Below, one piece after another: positions 37,979 to 47,977 of a DNA stretch of 64,000 bases; the stretch's first letter is position 1; each line of letters begins with the position of its first letter. The position numbers and the translations under genes were made by a program. The stretch comes from a virus (taxonomy: Duplodnaviria > Caudoviricetes), in the IMG/VR virus record IMGVR_UViG_3300044718_000102, positions 271-64,270 of that record, one strand, 5' to 3'. The notes under the pieces are model-generated. The model searched no databases and was not told where the DNA came from. It saw only the letters and a program-made list of their open reading frames with translations.

Positions 37979-38932
37979 TCAGCGGGCCGGTGTGCTGCCC
38001 CGGTAGCGGTTGAGGCCGCGGTTGCCGCCGGGGTTCGGATTGCCGCGTGGCGGCGGCGCAGGTCGCGCCGTGCCCTCGCGCATCTTCTCGCCGGCGAAGT
38101 GCAACAGGCCGAGGATGCGCGGATGGTTCGCCGCCCCCGTCATGCGGAAGACGTCGAGCAGCTCCTTGCGCTCGGCCGCGATCGCGGCCGCGTCGCGTGC
38201 CTGCCTGGTGCCCTGGAAGCGGTCACCATAGAGGTCGACGAGGCCCATGATCGTCTTGATCGCGGTGTCGTGGCGCGGGCCGCCGATCTCCGGATCGGAC
38301 ATCGTGGCTTTGCGCCAGTCGTTCTGCGTGGTGTTAAACACGTCCCATTGGCGCGTCGTGATCGCGTCGGTCACGCGGTTGATCTCGCCCACGTGGAGGT
38401 CGAGCATCTTCTGCGCAGCTTCCGGCGGCACGCGTGCTTCGCTGAGGACGCCCGTGAAGGCGCCCATGCGTTCCTGGTCGAGGTTTTCGGCGTTGAACCC
38501 CTCGGGATACTTGAACGCATACTCGATCGGCGCCGGGGGCGCGGGATCCGCCGCGGGCGCCTTGTCGGCCGGGGGCTTTGCCGCATCGTCCTTGGTCTCG
38601 CCGGGCTTCGCCTCGGCGGGCTTGTCGGACGGCTTGGCTTCCGCCGTGGGCTTTGCGGCCTCGTCGAGCAACGAGGGCGCGAATTCGGGTTTGGCCTTCT
38701 CGGCCGGAGCCGCTGCGGGCTCGGCCGGCTTGGCGGCTGGCGCGTCGACGGCGCCAGGCGCGGCCGCGACGTCGCCTGCAGGTGCCGCCGGAACGGCCGC
38801 CTCAACGGGGGCCGCCGGGGCGGTGATGACGGGAGCAGCCGCCGGCGCGACATCAGCAGCCGCGGCCGCGGGCGCAGCTCCGCCCGCCGGCGTCGCGCTC
38901 GCGGCGCCGCCCGTCGTGAGATCGTCAGGCAT
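37979..38932 (-). CDS. Capsid scaffolding protein
   Basis: Pro/Ala-rich N-terminus, W....SDPEIGG, TGA.NHP motifs; directly upstream of MCP. Confidence 0.85.
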   Translation of the reverse strand: MPDDLTTGGAASATPAGGAAPAAAAADVAPAAAPVITAPAAPVEAAVPAAPAGDVAAAPGAVDAPAAKPAEPAAAPAEKAKPEFAPSLLDEAAKPTAEAKPSDKPAEAKPGETKDDAAKPPADKAPAADPAPPAPIEYAFKYPEGFNAENLDQERMGAFTGVLSEARVPPEAAQKMLDLHVGEINRVTDAITTRQWDVFNTTQNDWRKATMSDPEIGGPRHDTAIKTIMGLVDLYGDRFQGTRQARDAAAIAAERKELLDVFRMTGAANHPRILGLLHFAGEKMREGTARPAPPPRGNPNPGGNRGLNRYRGSTPAR

Positions 38933-39378
38933 CAGCGATCCTTTTTCGGTTTCGTCGCGGAGCGTTTCGCCGCCTCGGCGGCCGCGCGCTCCTGCTCGTC
39001 GGCGAGCTCGTCGATCGGCGTGCGGGCGAGATCGACGTCAGGCTCGCCGGCGCCCTGCAGCTTGCGCAGCTCGGCCGCGGCCCGCGCGGCGCGGCCGCGC
39101 CGCTCGCGCACCATGCGCAGGAAAAGGTCCGGGCAGAACTCCTCGAGCTGCCCCTGCAGGAAGCGGCCGATGTCGGCGCGACCGTCGCGCTTGGCCATGC
39201 CGAGCGCATCGCCGTCGTCGGCATAGGTCGGCCGGCCGGCGCCGCAGAAATCCAGCAGGCGCTCCATCCAGAAGCGCCCCTGCGGCGTGCCCATCAGGTT
39301 GTTGACGACGTCGCGGTCCCACTCCGCGACCTTGTTCTCGCCGCCCGCCTGCTCCGGCGCGGCCGTCTCGTCGGTCAC
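38932..39378 (-). CDS. Bbp19-like head-module protein
   Basis: LMGTPQGRFWM..LL..CG......DGR..IG motif. Confidence 0.75.
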   Translation of the reverse strand: MTDETAAPEQAGGENKVAEWDRDVVNNLMGTPQGRFWMERLLDFCGAGRPTYADDGDALGMAKRDGRADIGRFLQGQLEEFCPDLFLRMVRERRGRAARAAAELRKLQGAGEPDVDLARTPIDELADEQERAAAEAAKRSATKPKKDR

Positions 39379-39938
39379 TGCACGCGGTCCGTGTGGCCGC
39401 CCCACTGCGACGCGACGGCGAGCACCGAGCCCTTGACGGCGAGCTTGTTGGCCTTGTCGCGCAGGCTGCGGAACTGGGTCGCGTAATAGTGCCAGCGCAG
39501 ATCCATGCGCTGCGCCTGGGCGATCTGGCTGGCGCCGCCCTCGGCGTCGCGCAGCCCGGTGAGGATGCGCGATTGCGCGTCGCTGCGCGAGAGCCCCTCG
39601 CCGCCGAACGCCTGCGCGCTGTCCTTGGCGTCCTGCAGGCGGTTGTAGCCGGAGAGCTGCACGATCGCGCGGCGCAGCTGGTCGAAGAAGCCCGCGATCG
39701 TATTCCACAGGTCCGGATCGCTCCAGCGCGCCATGTTGCGCGCGCCGTCGGACGCCCGCTTGAGGCCCTCGACGATGCGCTCGTAGCTCTCGAACTCGAC
39801 CATCACGGTGCCGCGATGGTCCTGCGAGACCTCCTCGGCCGGCGCCGCGGCCGCCGGATCGAACGCCGCCGTGTCGGCGCCGAAGTCCTGCCCCACGGAT
39901 GCGGCGCGCAACGCCGTCTTGTCGTCCTGGTTGCTCAC
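39375..39938 (-). CDS. Hypothetical protein with internal duplication
   Basis: GGAGG RBS, GTG start; two RI..GL..A..GA..A..W repeats. Confidence 0.65.
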   Translation of the reverse strand: MSNQDDKTALRAASVGQDFGADTAAFDPAAAAPAEEVSQDHRGTVMVEFESYERIVEGLKRASDGARNMARWSDPDLWNTIAGFFDQLRRAIVQLSGYNRLQDAKDSAQAFGGEGLSRSDAQSRILTGLRDAEGGASQIAQAQRMDLRWHYYATQFRSLRDKANKLAVKGSVLAVASQWGGHTDRVQ

Positions 39939-40658
39939 TCTACCTCCTCCGCCGATCGGACGCGCTCGAGCACGCCGCGCGCCTCGCTCGCGCTCATCCG
40001 CCGCTGATGCGAAAACACCGGCGCCGACTCGTCGTAAAGCTGATGCGCGTCCGCGCCGAACTCGTGCACCAGGGCGCGCCATTCCGGCGGCATCGCGTCG
40101 ACCATCGACATCACCGGCAGCGAGACCTCGCGCCGGAAGACGTCGCACGGGATCTCGTCGGGCCCGATGATCACGAGCTCGCGCGTGTCGCGCGGCCGCC
40201 GCCGCTCAAGGTAGCGCCGGCGCCGCGGCGTCATGGCTGGCCTCGACCTGCGCGCGCTTGCGTGCCCGTCGATCCCGTTTTTCCTGCGCGGCCCGCACGC
40301 GGTCGACGCCGCCGGCGGCCAGGCGCGCGATCTGGCGTTCGAAGCCGTCGCGGGTTGCCGGTCGCTTGGCCCGGCAGAGCGCACGGCTATCCACGTTGAT
40401 CGGCACCGAGCGCGGCAGAAATCCTCGAGGAATTCGCATCATGCCATGCCACCTCCAGCCCGAACCGTCCGAGCGTCGCTTCGTCCATCCGCACTCGTCC
40501 GCAGACCCCGTGGACCGCGTGCGCCTCGCGCGCGAACAGGCTCAACACGGGTCTGCGCCAATCGAACCGGAGCTCGCTGACGAAGTGATCGCCGACAAGG
40601 CCGTGATCGACGAGCTCAACGTCATGAAGCAGCCCTGCCCGATCGCACGTCCAAATTC

Positions 40659-42539
40659 TCACGGCCCTGCCCCCGCTTGCGGCACAACGCCGCCGGCGGC
40701 GCCACCGCCGCCGCCGAGCGCGCCCAGCGCGAGCTGCGCCGCGTTGACGCCGCCGCCGACGTCGACGGCGCCGAAGTTCTTCGCCGCGTCGGCGACCGCC
40801 GGCAGCGTCTGCGTCATCGCCTGCTGCTGCTGGGCCTGCTGCTGCGCCTTGGCGCGCTGCGCCCTGATCTTGGCGATCGTCTTCTCGTCGTTGACCGCCT
40901 TGTGGCTCACCGACAGATCGTCGGCATACTCCACCAGCATGTCGTCCCAGTTCACGATGTCGACCACCTCGGGGTGGGTTGCCGACGTCTTCTCGACCAT
41001 CTCGACGAAGCGCTCGGTCGCGGCGGTCTTCACCGCCTTCTGCGCCAGGTAGAGCATGCCGACGTACTCGATCTTCATCGGCACGCCGAGGAGCGAGCGC
41101 GGCATCGGCGGAATGAGCTTCTTGCGCACCATGATCGACAGGATGCGCTTGATCGCGAGCGAGGCGCCCTCGTTCTGGAACCGGTCGATCACCGGCCCGA
41201 GCACCGTCAGCTTCTCCTGTTGGCGCTGCGCCACCTCGTAGGCGGTCATGTCCTTGGTCGCCTGCGACAGCATCAGGAACAGGTCGTTGAAGAAGCCCGT
41301 CTTGATGCGCGCCTGGATCGCCATAAGGTCCGCCGTGATGCCCGGCAGCCCCTGCGGGTCGACCTTGATCACCGGCATGATGCCCTTGCTGGTGTCCTCG
41401 ACGTAGTTGAAGTGGCCGGGCAGCATCGAGCTCGGCTGGTTCTTGAGGCCGATCGGCGCGTTGAGCGGCGGCCGCACCACCTTCTCGAGCAGCTCGGCCT
41501 TGCGCCGCGTCTCCTGCTGGAGCTGCATGTTGTCGCCGAGCGTGTCCATGCCGGGCGAGTCGGAGCCGTAGGGATCGTTGCCGTTGACCGCCCAGCGCGG
41601 CGCGATGAACGGGAGATCGCGGAAGCCGCGGCGCGACAGAGGGCATTCCGACTGCCGCCCCCACAGCCAATAGGTCTCGCGGTAGGCAAAGCCGCCCGGC
41701 ACCACGCCGGCGTCGCTCGCCTCGCCGAACTGCTGGATGCCGAAGTTCGGCTCGATCAGGTGGGCTACGATGAACTCGCGATCGAGGCTCGCGCCCTTCT
41801 GCTGCCAGAGATCGCGCACGTCCTGCGCGCAGTTCTCCAGCCCGAACTGCTCGACGAGCTGCGACACCGTGAGCACGTAGAGCCGCGCGAAGCCCTCGGG
41901 GCGGAAGGCCGGGCCGACGAACACGAAATACTCGCCGACCACCGGGCAGTGGCAGCGGATGACGTCCTCGTCGTCCTCGTAGACCAGCATGGGCCCGGTG
42001 GCGAACCACACCAGGTCCTTGAACATCTGCGTGGCCGAGTCGTAGAAGTTGGATTCGGCCATCACCATGTAGACGCGATCTTCGAGCTCCTCGTACCACA
42101 GCTGCGCGTCGCGATCGGGATTGAAGCCGTTGACGCCCGGCTTGAACTTGAACCAGGGCCGCGAGGAGCTCATCAGCCCCTCTTTCATGCCGGCCGCGCA
42201 CACCTTGCCGGAATAGACCGCGGTCGGATCGACGATCGCCTGGTTGACCGGCAGACCGCGCAACGAGGAGTTCGCCACCGGTTGGTCGACGCCGCCCTGG
42301 GAGAGCCACAGCGACCGGCGCGGGTTGCCGTACAGCGCGATCAACGCCCAGTGCTCGATCCACGAGAAGCGCGTCGAGCGCGCCCCGCTCATACGCGACT
42401 CGTTGTGCTGGCGCAGCCGCGCCCATTCCTCCGCCTCGCGCCGGTCGTTGCGCTCGGGCCCGGCGGTGGGCTCCTCGAGCGCCAGTAGCAGCGGGCTCGC
42501 GCGCTCGTAGCGCGCAATGGCTTCCGCGGTGACGGGCAT
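40659..42539 (-). CDS. Portal (head-to-tail connector) protein
   Basis: SSSRPWF, ESNFY, APRW....D.YG.SPGM..LGD, MTAYEV.QR..EK...LGPV. Confidence 0.93.
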   Translation of the reverse strand: MPVTAEAIARYERASPLLLALEEPTAGPERNDRREAEEWARLRQHNESRMSGARSTRFSWIEHWALIALYGNPRRSLWLSQGGVDQPVANSSLRGLPVNQAIVDPTAVYSGKVCAAGMKEGLMSSSRPWFKFKPGVNGFNPDRDAQLWYEELEDRVYMVMAESNFYDSATQMFKDLVWFATGPMLVYEDDEDVIRCHCPVVGEYFVFVGPAFRPEGFARLYVLTVSQLVEQFGLENCAQDVRDLWQQKGASLDREFIVAHLIEPNFGIQQFGEASDAGVVPGGFAYRETYWLWGRQSECPLSRRGFRDLPFIAPRWAVNGNDPYGSDSPGMDTLGDNMQLQQETRRKAELLEKVVRPPLNAPIGLKNQPSSMLPGHFNYVEDTSKGIMPVIKVDPQGLPGITADLMAIQARIKTGFFNDLFLMLSQATKDMTAYEVAQRQQEKLTVLGPVIDRFQNEGASLAIKRILSIMVRKKLIPPMPRSLLGVPMKIEYVGMLYLAQKAVKTAATERFVEMVEKTSATHPEVVDIVNWDDMLVEYADDLSVSHKAVNDEKTIAKIRAQRAKAQQQAQQQQAMTQTLPAVADAAKNFGAVDVGGGVNAAQLALGALGGGGGAAGGVVPQAGAGP

Positions 42540-42793
42540 CAGGTGCCCAGCTTGTCCTTGACGGCCGCCGTCGCGATGCCGGACAGGCCTGGCGTCGCCG
42601 CCGGGCCCGCTGCGGCGCCCTGCGGGCCGGTGAACAGCGAGCCCTCGAAGCCGGCGCCGACGGCCGCGCCCGCGCGGCGCTGGCCGCCGGCCTGCACGGC
42701 CGAGCTCGCATAGGTCGGCGGATTGGCCGCCGGCGGCACCGGCGGCGGTGGCGGCGGCGCGGCCGGCGCCGAAGGTGCGGACAGGAAGCCCAT
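42539..42793 (-). CDS. Small Pro-rich virion assembly protein preceding portal
   Basis: MGF...APPPPPP...LFTGPQG...KLG pattern. Confidence 0.7.
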   Translation of the reverse strand: MGFLSAPSAPAAPPPPPPVPPAANPPTYASSAVQAGGQRRAGAAVGAGFEGSLFTGPQGAAAGPAATPGLSGIATAAVKDKLGT

Positions 42794-42795
42794 GG

Positions 42796-43068
42796 TCAGC
42801 CCACCAGCAGCACGACGCCGGCGAGCACGCCGAGCGCGATCGAGAGCCAGGTGAGCGTGACCGCATACAGATTGTGCTGCAGCGGCAGGTGCTCGGTGAC
42901 CAGGTGGGCGAGGTAGCTCAGATAGGCCGCGCCGAGCGCCGCCAGCGCGAGCGTCCAGGCGAACCGGTTGCCGAGCAGAAGGCCCGCTGCGAAACAGCCA
43001 CTCAGATAGAGCGCGCTGTTGAGCATGAGGCCGGCGGCGCAAAATCGCAGGAAGGTCGACCGATCCAT
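42796..43068 (-). CDS. Small three-TM membrane protein
   Basis: Three hydrophobic segments; GGAGG RBS. Confidence 0.65.
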   Translation of the reverse strand: MDRSTFLRFCAAGLMLNSALYLSGCFAAGLLLGNRFAWTLALAALGAAYLSYLAHLVTEHLPLQHNLYAVTLTWLSIALGVLAGVVLLVG

Positions 43069-43728
43069 CAGGGCCTCCGGAGACGCTTGACCCAATCGAG
43101 CAACCGCCGGAACAACGAGCGGCGCGCCGGCGCCGGCGCGCGCACGATCCGAACGGGCTCGGGCGGCGGAAGCTGGCCAGGCTGGCGGAACAGGCCGTCG
43201 CGAAACACTGGGGCCGTGCCGTCCCAATCGCGGCCGCTCGCATAGCGCGCGTAGACGTCGCCGATGCCGCGCGCCATGCTCGCCCGAGGCCTGCCGAATG
43301 ATCGCTGCCAGGCCGCCAGAAAGAACCGGGCATCGGCCGCATCAACCGGTTCGCCCGATGCTCCAACCGGAGCGCGACCGAGAGGAGCCAATTCGTTCAC
43401 GTCGGTGGCAACCAAGTCCAAGCGAGGACGACGGGCGTCATCAAGCGTGCGCTCGGCGCTCGCGGCGCCACCGCTGGAAGCGTTTCCGGCGCGCGGCGCG
43501 ACCAGGAGCGCCCGTCGATCGAGCTGTCGCCGATGGGCCACGACGGATCGACCGGCGAGCCCTCCCACCAGCGGCCCTGATGAGCAGCGAGCCACTTGAG
43601 CCCGCGAATGCGCTCGCGGCGGCCGGCCAATGGCGGGTCGCGCTCCTCGAGCACGGCCAGATTGGCCGATAGCGCCACGATGCGCGCCACCTGCCCCCAC
43701 AGCAGCACCCAGTCGCCGACGTTGAACG

Positions 43729-43950
43729 TCATGACCGCCCGATTTCCAGCGGGTCGTAGTCGACCTGGTTGCCGCGGCCGGCGGCCGCCATCGCGTCACG
43801 GTAGATGTGCGCCAGGCCGACATGGTTGAGCCGGCTCAGCTCGGACACCGCGCGCCGCTGGTCCATCGCGTGCTTGCCCATGATGAAGGCGATCATCAGC
43901 TTGCGCGCTTCGACATCGCGGTAGGCGTCGAAGTTCGAGACGCCGGTCAT
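43729..43950 (-). CDS. Small hypothetical protein
   Basis: ATGA overlap with terL stop. Confidence 0.55.
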   Translation of the reverse strand: MTGVSNFDAYRDVEARKLMIAFIMGKHAMDQRRAVSELSRLNHVGLAHIYRDAMAAAGRGNQVDYDPLEIGRS

Positions 43951-45476
43951 CTGTTCCACATCCCCGCGAATGGATCGTACTCGACCTGGTGCTGCTGGCC
44001 GCGGCGCGAGAGCTGCGCGGTGTGGTCGCTCGGCGCGACCGGCATCGCGAAGGTGAGCGCCAGCGCATCGCCGTCGTCGGGCGAGGCGAGGCCGCGGGCC
44101 TTCATGTCCTTCTTGCGCTCGAGCAGGATGGCGTCGCGGCCGGCGCGCAGCTTGAAGCCGTACTCGACCGCCGTGAGGTTGGACTTGAGCTCTGGGTCGT
44201 CGTCGATCATCCCGTGCTCGAGCCACTCGCGCAGCTTGCCCCACATCTCGGCGCGGCGGTTGTAGTAGGCGGCGGCCGGGTCGCCGCCGACCGGCTCGGA
44301 GCCGAAGTCGATGCCGAAGGCTGGGAGCTGCAGCTGGCGGCAGCGATCGACGACGCCGAGCCCCATGTTGCCCTGGTCGATGAAGATCGCGTCCGGCCGG
44401 TGGCGCTCGTTCGCCTCGGCGACGCGCGCCGCGATCTGCATCATGTCGAGCCCGCGATACTTCTGCGGCGGGATCGTGCGGGCGTCGCGGCCGCGGCGGA
44501 AGCGGATGACGGTCTGGTCGTCGCCGTAGGCCGCGATGTCGACGCCGATCACCAGCGGGTCGTAGATCGTGACCGGCGGATCGCGGTCGGCGCCGGCGGC
44601 GCGCTCGACGACGTCGGAGGCGATGAACTGCGTCGCGCTCGCGCGCGGAAATTGGGAGAGGACGTTGACGCGGACGAAGTCGTGCTCGATCCCGTAGAAA
44701 TCGATCCACTCCTTGATCTGCCTCTTGTTCGACATCCGCGCATTGCGCGTGTCGATGTTGAAGGTCTTCCAGTGCGCGTGCCGCTTGCCGCCCGGGAAGC
44801 ACTCGCGGAAATAGCCGGTCGCGCGCGTCGGGTTCCCGAGCAGCAGCCATATGCGCTCGGTGTCCTCGTCGGACAGAAAGCCCTCCTCGGCCGAGAGCAC
44901 CACGTCGGGCGTCGCCGAGGTCTCGTCGTTGATGGTGACGATGCGCTTGCCGGCGTTGTGGAAGCCGCGGATCGTCTCGGGATTGCTCTCTTCCCAGGTG
45001 AAGGGATCGAACGTCCAGTTCTGCCGGTGCTCCGGATCGACAGACACCAAGCTGCGCGCCTGCAGGTCGAACCAGTGGCGGAAGATCGACATGCCGTGCC
45101 ACTTGGCGAGCTCGGGCCAGGTGGTGGTGGACAGCTGCCGGCCGGTGTTCGCCGTGACGCGGCCGCGGCAGTCCGGGAACGTGGTCATCGCCCAGTCGGC
45201 GATCCACGCCGCGAGCGTCGTCTTGCCGGGCCCGACACCGCCCGCGATCGCGATGCGGATGGGTTTCTGCGGCGAGAGCTCGTCGCGGATGTACGTGAGC
45301 ACATCCGTCTGCCAGGTGTCCGGCCCCTCGAACTTCGCCAGCGGGCCGCCGGCCTCGCGCCAGGGGTAGGCAAACCGGACGTAGCCCAGCGGGTCACCGC
45401 GGAACCGCGCGGCTCGCCGTGTCAGCTCGTCCTCGACCCCCGCCCGCGTCGCCGGCGCGGCCGCGCCGCGCGGCAT
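43947..45476 (-). CDS. terL: Terminase large subunit
   Basis: Walker A GGVGPGKT, Walker B INDE, GNPTR, nuclease GVDIA..GDD and SPDDGDALALTFA. Confidence 0.95.
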   Translation of the reverse strand: MPRGAAAPATRAGVEDELTRRAARFRGDPLGYVRFAYPWREAGGPLAKFEGPDTWQTDVLTYIRDELSPQKPIRIAIAGGVGPGKTTLAAWIADWAMTTFPDCRGRVTANTGRQLSTTTWPELAKWHGMSIFRHWFDLQARSLVSVDPEHRQNWTFDPFTWEESNPETIRGFHNAGKRIVTINDETSATPDVVLSAEEGFLSDEDTERIWLLLGNPTRATGYFRECFPGGKRHAHWKTFNIDTRNARMSNKRQIKEWIDFYGIEHDFVRVNVLSQFPRASATQFIASDVVERAAGADRDPPVTIYDPLVIGVDIAAYGDDQTVIRFRRGRDARTIPPQKYRGLDMMQIAARVAEANERHRPDAIFIDQGNMGLGVVDRCRQLQLPAFGIDFGSEPVGGDPAAAYYNRRAEMWGKLREWLEHGMIDDDPELKSNLTAVEYGFKLRAGRDAILLERKKDMKARGLASPDDGDALALTFAMPVAPSDHTAQLSRRGQQHQVEYDPFAGMWNR

Positions 45477-45752
45477 CTACTTGCCCGCCTCGAGCAGGAG
45501 GCGGGCGCGCACCGCATAGGACAGCGGACAATCGTCGATGATCACGCCGGGCAGCGAGAAATTGCGCCGCGGCTGCATCTTCTCCGGCGCCGCGCGCAGC
45601 GTGCTGCAGCGCGCCCGCACCGCGTAGTGTGTCCGCCCGTGCGATCGCGCGAAGGCGCGCAGCTTGCCGTAACGTTGCGCCAGCGGCTGCGCGAGCAGCG
45701 CCAGCAGCTCGAGATCGTCCTCGCGCGACCAGCGCGCCGCCTGCGCCGTCAT
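45477..45752 (-). CDS. Small hypothetical protein (Myb/HTH-like)
   Basis: WS.EDD..L...GRT..AVR.R. Confidence 0.55.
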   Translation of the reverse strand: MTAQAARWSREDDLELLALLAQPLAQRYGKLRAFARSHGRTHYAVRARCSTLRAAPEKMQPRRNFSLPGVIIDDCPLSYAVRARLLLEAGK

Positions 45753-46420
45753 CGCGAGCGCGAGCCGACGATGCCGAAGTGGCGCATGTTGTCGCGCAGC
45801 ACGTTGCCGCGGCCGTCGCCCATGGTGTTGCCGCCGATCGCCATGTCGTTGACGCCGACCGGCCGCGTGCGCGACCCGGGCCCGTAGCTCGGCATCGTGC
45901 CCTGCCGGCGCGACAGCGGCGCCTGGTAGCCCTGGCGCGCGCGTTGCGTCGACATCAACGGCGGCGGCTGGTTCTGCGTGTCCTGCCGCGGCTGCGTGCG
46001 CGCCAGCAGCATCTGGTCGAGCATGCTCGGGCCGGCCTGCAGCAGCTCCTCGAGGCTGGCGCCGGCAGGCGCCGCGGCCGCGGCCGCGTATTCCTCATGG
46101 GAATACTCGGCGCCGTCGTCAGCGTCCGCCGGGATCTCCATCTCGTCGGCGCGCGCCTCGTCCGCGAGCTCGAGCTCGGGCTCGGCCGCCGCCGGCGGAG
46201 GGGCGGCGTGCGGGCGCCGCGACTCGCCCACCGCCCCCACCGCTCGCGGCTCCCTCGTCGGCGCCGCGGCGATCGCCGCGGGCGCCAGCTCGTTGATCTC
46301 GCGGTAGATCAGCATGCGCGCGAACGCCGCCTCGTCGAGGCCGAGCGCGCTTGCGCGCGCCTTGAGCTTTGCGCGCGCGTCGGGCTCGAGGCGGATCACG
46401 ATCCGGTCGGACTTCGCCAT
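45749..46420 (-). CDS. Ribbon-helix-helix-like protein with disordered tail
   Basis: RIVIRL....AKLKARA..LGL....FARMLI; GGAGG RBS. Confidence 0.6.
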   Translation of the reverse strand: MAKSDRIVIRLEPDARAKLKARASALGLDEAAFARMLIYREINELAPAAIAAAPTREPRAVGAVGESRRPHAAPPPAAAEPELELADEARADEMEIPADADDGAEYSHEEYAAAAAAPAGASLEELLQAGPSMLDQMLLARTQPRQDTQNQPPPLMSTQRARQGYQAPLSRRQGTMPSYGPGSRTRPVGVNDMAIGGNTMGDGRGNVLRDNMRHFGIVGSRSR

Positions 46421-47021
46421 CTTCCCTCCGGACATCTTCGCCGCCCGTGCGTGCGATCGCGGCCGCCAGCCGGGCCGCAACGCCGCTGAAATCGTGCTCG
46501 ACGCGCTCGACGTAGAGCTTGTGGTGCCGCCCGAGCAGGTCGAGCGCCGTCGTCTTGCTGTGCAGCTTGAGCTTGACGCGCTTGACCTCGCGCTTCGAGG
46601 TCCGCTTGAGCTTGCCGCCGTGCGCCTGGTCCTCGAGCGTCTCGACGACGTCGCCGGGCTCGCCGTAGGTGTCGACCGTGATCTCGGAGATCGCGGCGGT
46701 GAGCTCCGCCGGCATGCTCTCCATGTCGGCCGTGACGTCGCCCGACATGCCGAGGCGCCCGTAATGGCGCATGTTGGCGCGACCGATGGTCGAGAGCTCC
46801 TCGAGCACTTCCTGCGCCGACATCACCTTGGCGCCCACCGCCTGCTGCGCCAGATCGGCGACGCAGGCCGCGAACTCCGCAATCTTCAGCAGCCGCGAGA
46901 ACCCCGTCTCGGCGGCGTGGCGCGAGGACTTGGGGTAGACCGAGGTGTACGCGCGCCACCCGACCTTCTCGGGATCCGCGATGTAGGCCAGCGCCACGTC
47001 GCGGTGCTTCTCCGACAGCAT
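46119..47021 (-). CDS. terS: Terminase small subunit
   Basis: AY...Y......A....SRLL, VLEEL..IG, KLKLHSK..ALDLLGRH; run-on C-terminus overlaps next gene. Confidence 0.85.
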   Translation of the reverse strand: MLSEKHRDVALAYIADPEKVGWRAYTSVYPKSSRHAAETGFSRLLKIAEFAACVADLAQQAVGAKVMSAQEVLEELSTIGRANMRHYGRLGMSGDVTADMESMPAELTAAISEITVDTYGEPGDVVETLEDQAHGGKLKRTSKREVKRVKLKLHSKTTALDLLGRHHKLYVERVEHDFSGVAARLAAAIARTGGEDVRREDGEVRPDRDPPRARRARKAQGARKRARPRRGGVRAHADLPRDQRAGARGDRRGADEGAASGGGGGRVAAPARRPSAGGGRARARARGRGARRRDGDPGGR

Positions 47022-47083
47022 TCGCACCTCGGGAATAGGTCGGCGGGGCAGTACATCCGTGCCCCGCCGCGGTCCACTATTGC

Positions 47084-47977
47084 TTACCGGCCATCAAGGC
47101 TCTCGGCGCACGGACCAACGATCGCGGCGTGCGCGCCATCGCGCAGCACGTGGGTGTCGCCGAACGAGCGGAACAGGTACTCGACGGCGCCGCGGTATTT
47201 CGGATTGTCGGCGATGTAGGCGACAGCGCCGTGGCGCCAGCTCTTGCCGCGCCGGGTCGAGAACCCCGCGTCGTTGAGACGGCGCGCGATCTCGGCGTAT
47301 GAAAGCCGCTCCTCGAGGAGCGCGAAGATCCACAGCACGACGAGCAGCTGCGCCTCGTCGACGACCAGCCCACCCTCGCGATCGCGCTGGTAGCCGATCG
47401 GCGCGGCGCCGCCGGCGTAGCCGCCCTTGGTCGCCTTCTCGCGGCGGCCATGCCAGGTGCGCTCGGTGATCGCGGCGCGCTCCTGCTCGGCCATGCCGGC
47501 CAGGACCGCGAAGATGGTGCGGCCCATCGGGGTCGCGGTGTCGATCGGCTCGGTGACGGAGCGCACCGCCACGCCGCGCTCGGCGAGCTCGTTGGCGGTG
47601 ACCACCGAGTACACGATCTGGCGGGCGAGCCGGTCGAACTTCCACACCAGCAGGATGGAGATCTGGCCTCCGGAGGCGAGGTCGAGCAGCTCGCCAAAAC
47701 CCTTGCGCTCGGCCGGCCTGGTCGCGCCCGACACGGCGGGATCCGACACCACGCGCACGAGCTCGTAGCCCTGCGAGGTCGCGAAGGCGCGAATCGCCCG
47801 CTCCTGCGCCTCGAGGCCGTGGCCCTTCTCGGCCTGCTCCTCGGTCGACACGCGGATGTAGCCCGCCGCGCGCTGCGCGATCGCGGCCTTGGTCTCGGCT
47901 TTGGCGGCCTGGCGCGCCTGCAGACGCGTGACACGGCGCGAGGCGCGCAAATTCGTCCACCTAACCCTTTTGGGCAC
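47084..47977 (-). CDS. Serine recombinase (resolvase + recombinase domain, no zinc ribbon)
   Basis: YIRVSTEEQ catalytic Ser, D..VSG, DRLAR, ER..I.ER, GG.APIGY, IARRLN..G..TRRG..W. Confidence 0.93.
   Translation of the reverse strand: MPKRVRWTNLRASRRVTRLQARQAAKAETKAAIAQRAAGYIRVSTEEQAEKGHGLEAQERAIRAFATSQGYELVRVVSDPAVSGATRPAERKGFGELLDLASGGQISILLVWKFDRLARQIVYSVVTANELAERGVAVRSVTEPIDTATPMGRTIFAVLAGMAEQERAAITERTWHGRREKATKGGYAGGAAPIGYQRDREGGLVVDEAQLLVVLWIFALLEERLSYAEIARRLNDAGFSTRRGKSWRHGAVAYIADNPKYRGAVEYLFRSFGDTHVLRDGAHAAIVGPCAESLDGR

Noticed and set aside
47084-47977. IS607-family transposon
   Set aside because: Catalytic domain is N-terminal, no MerR-type HTH and no tnpB
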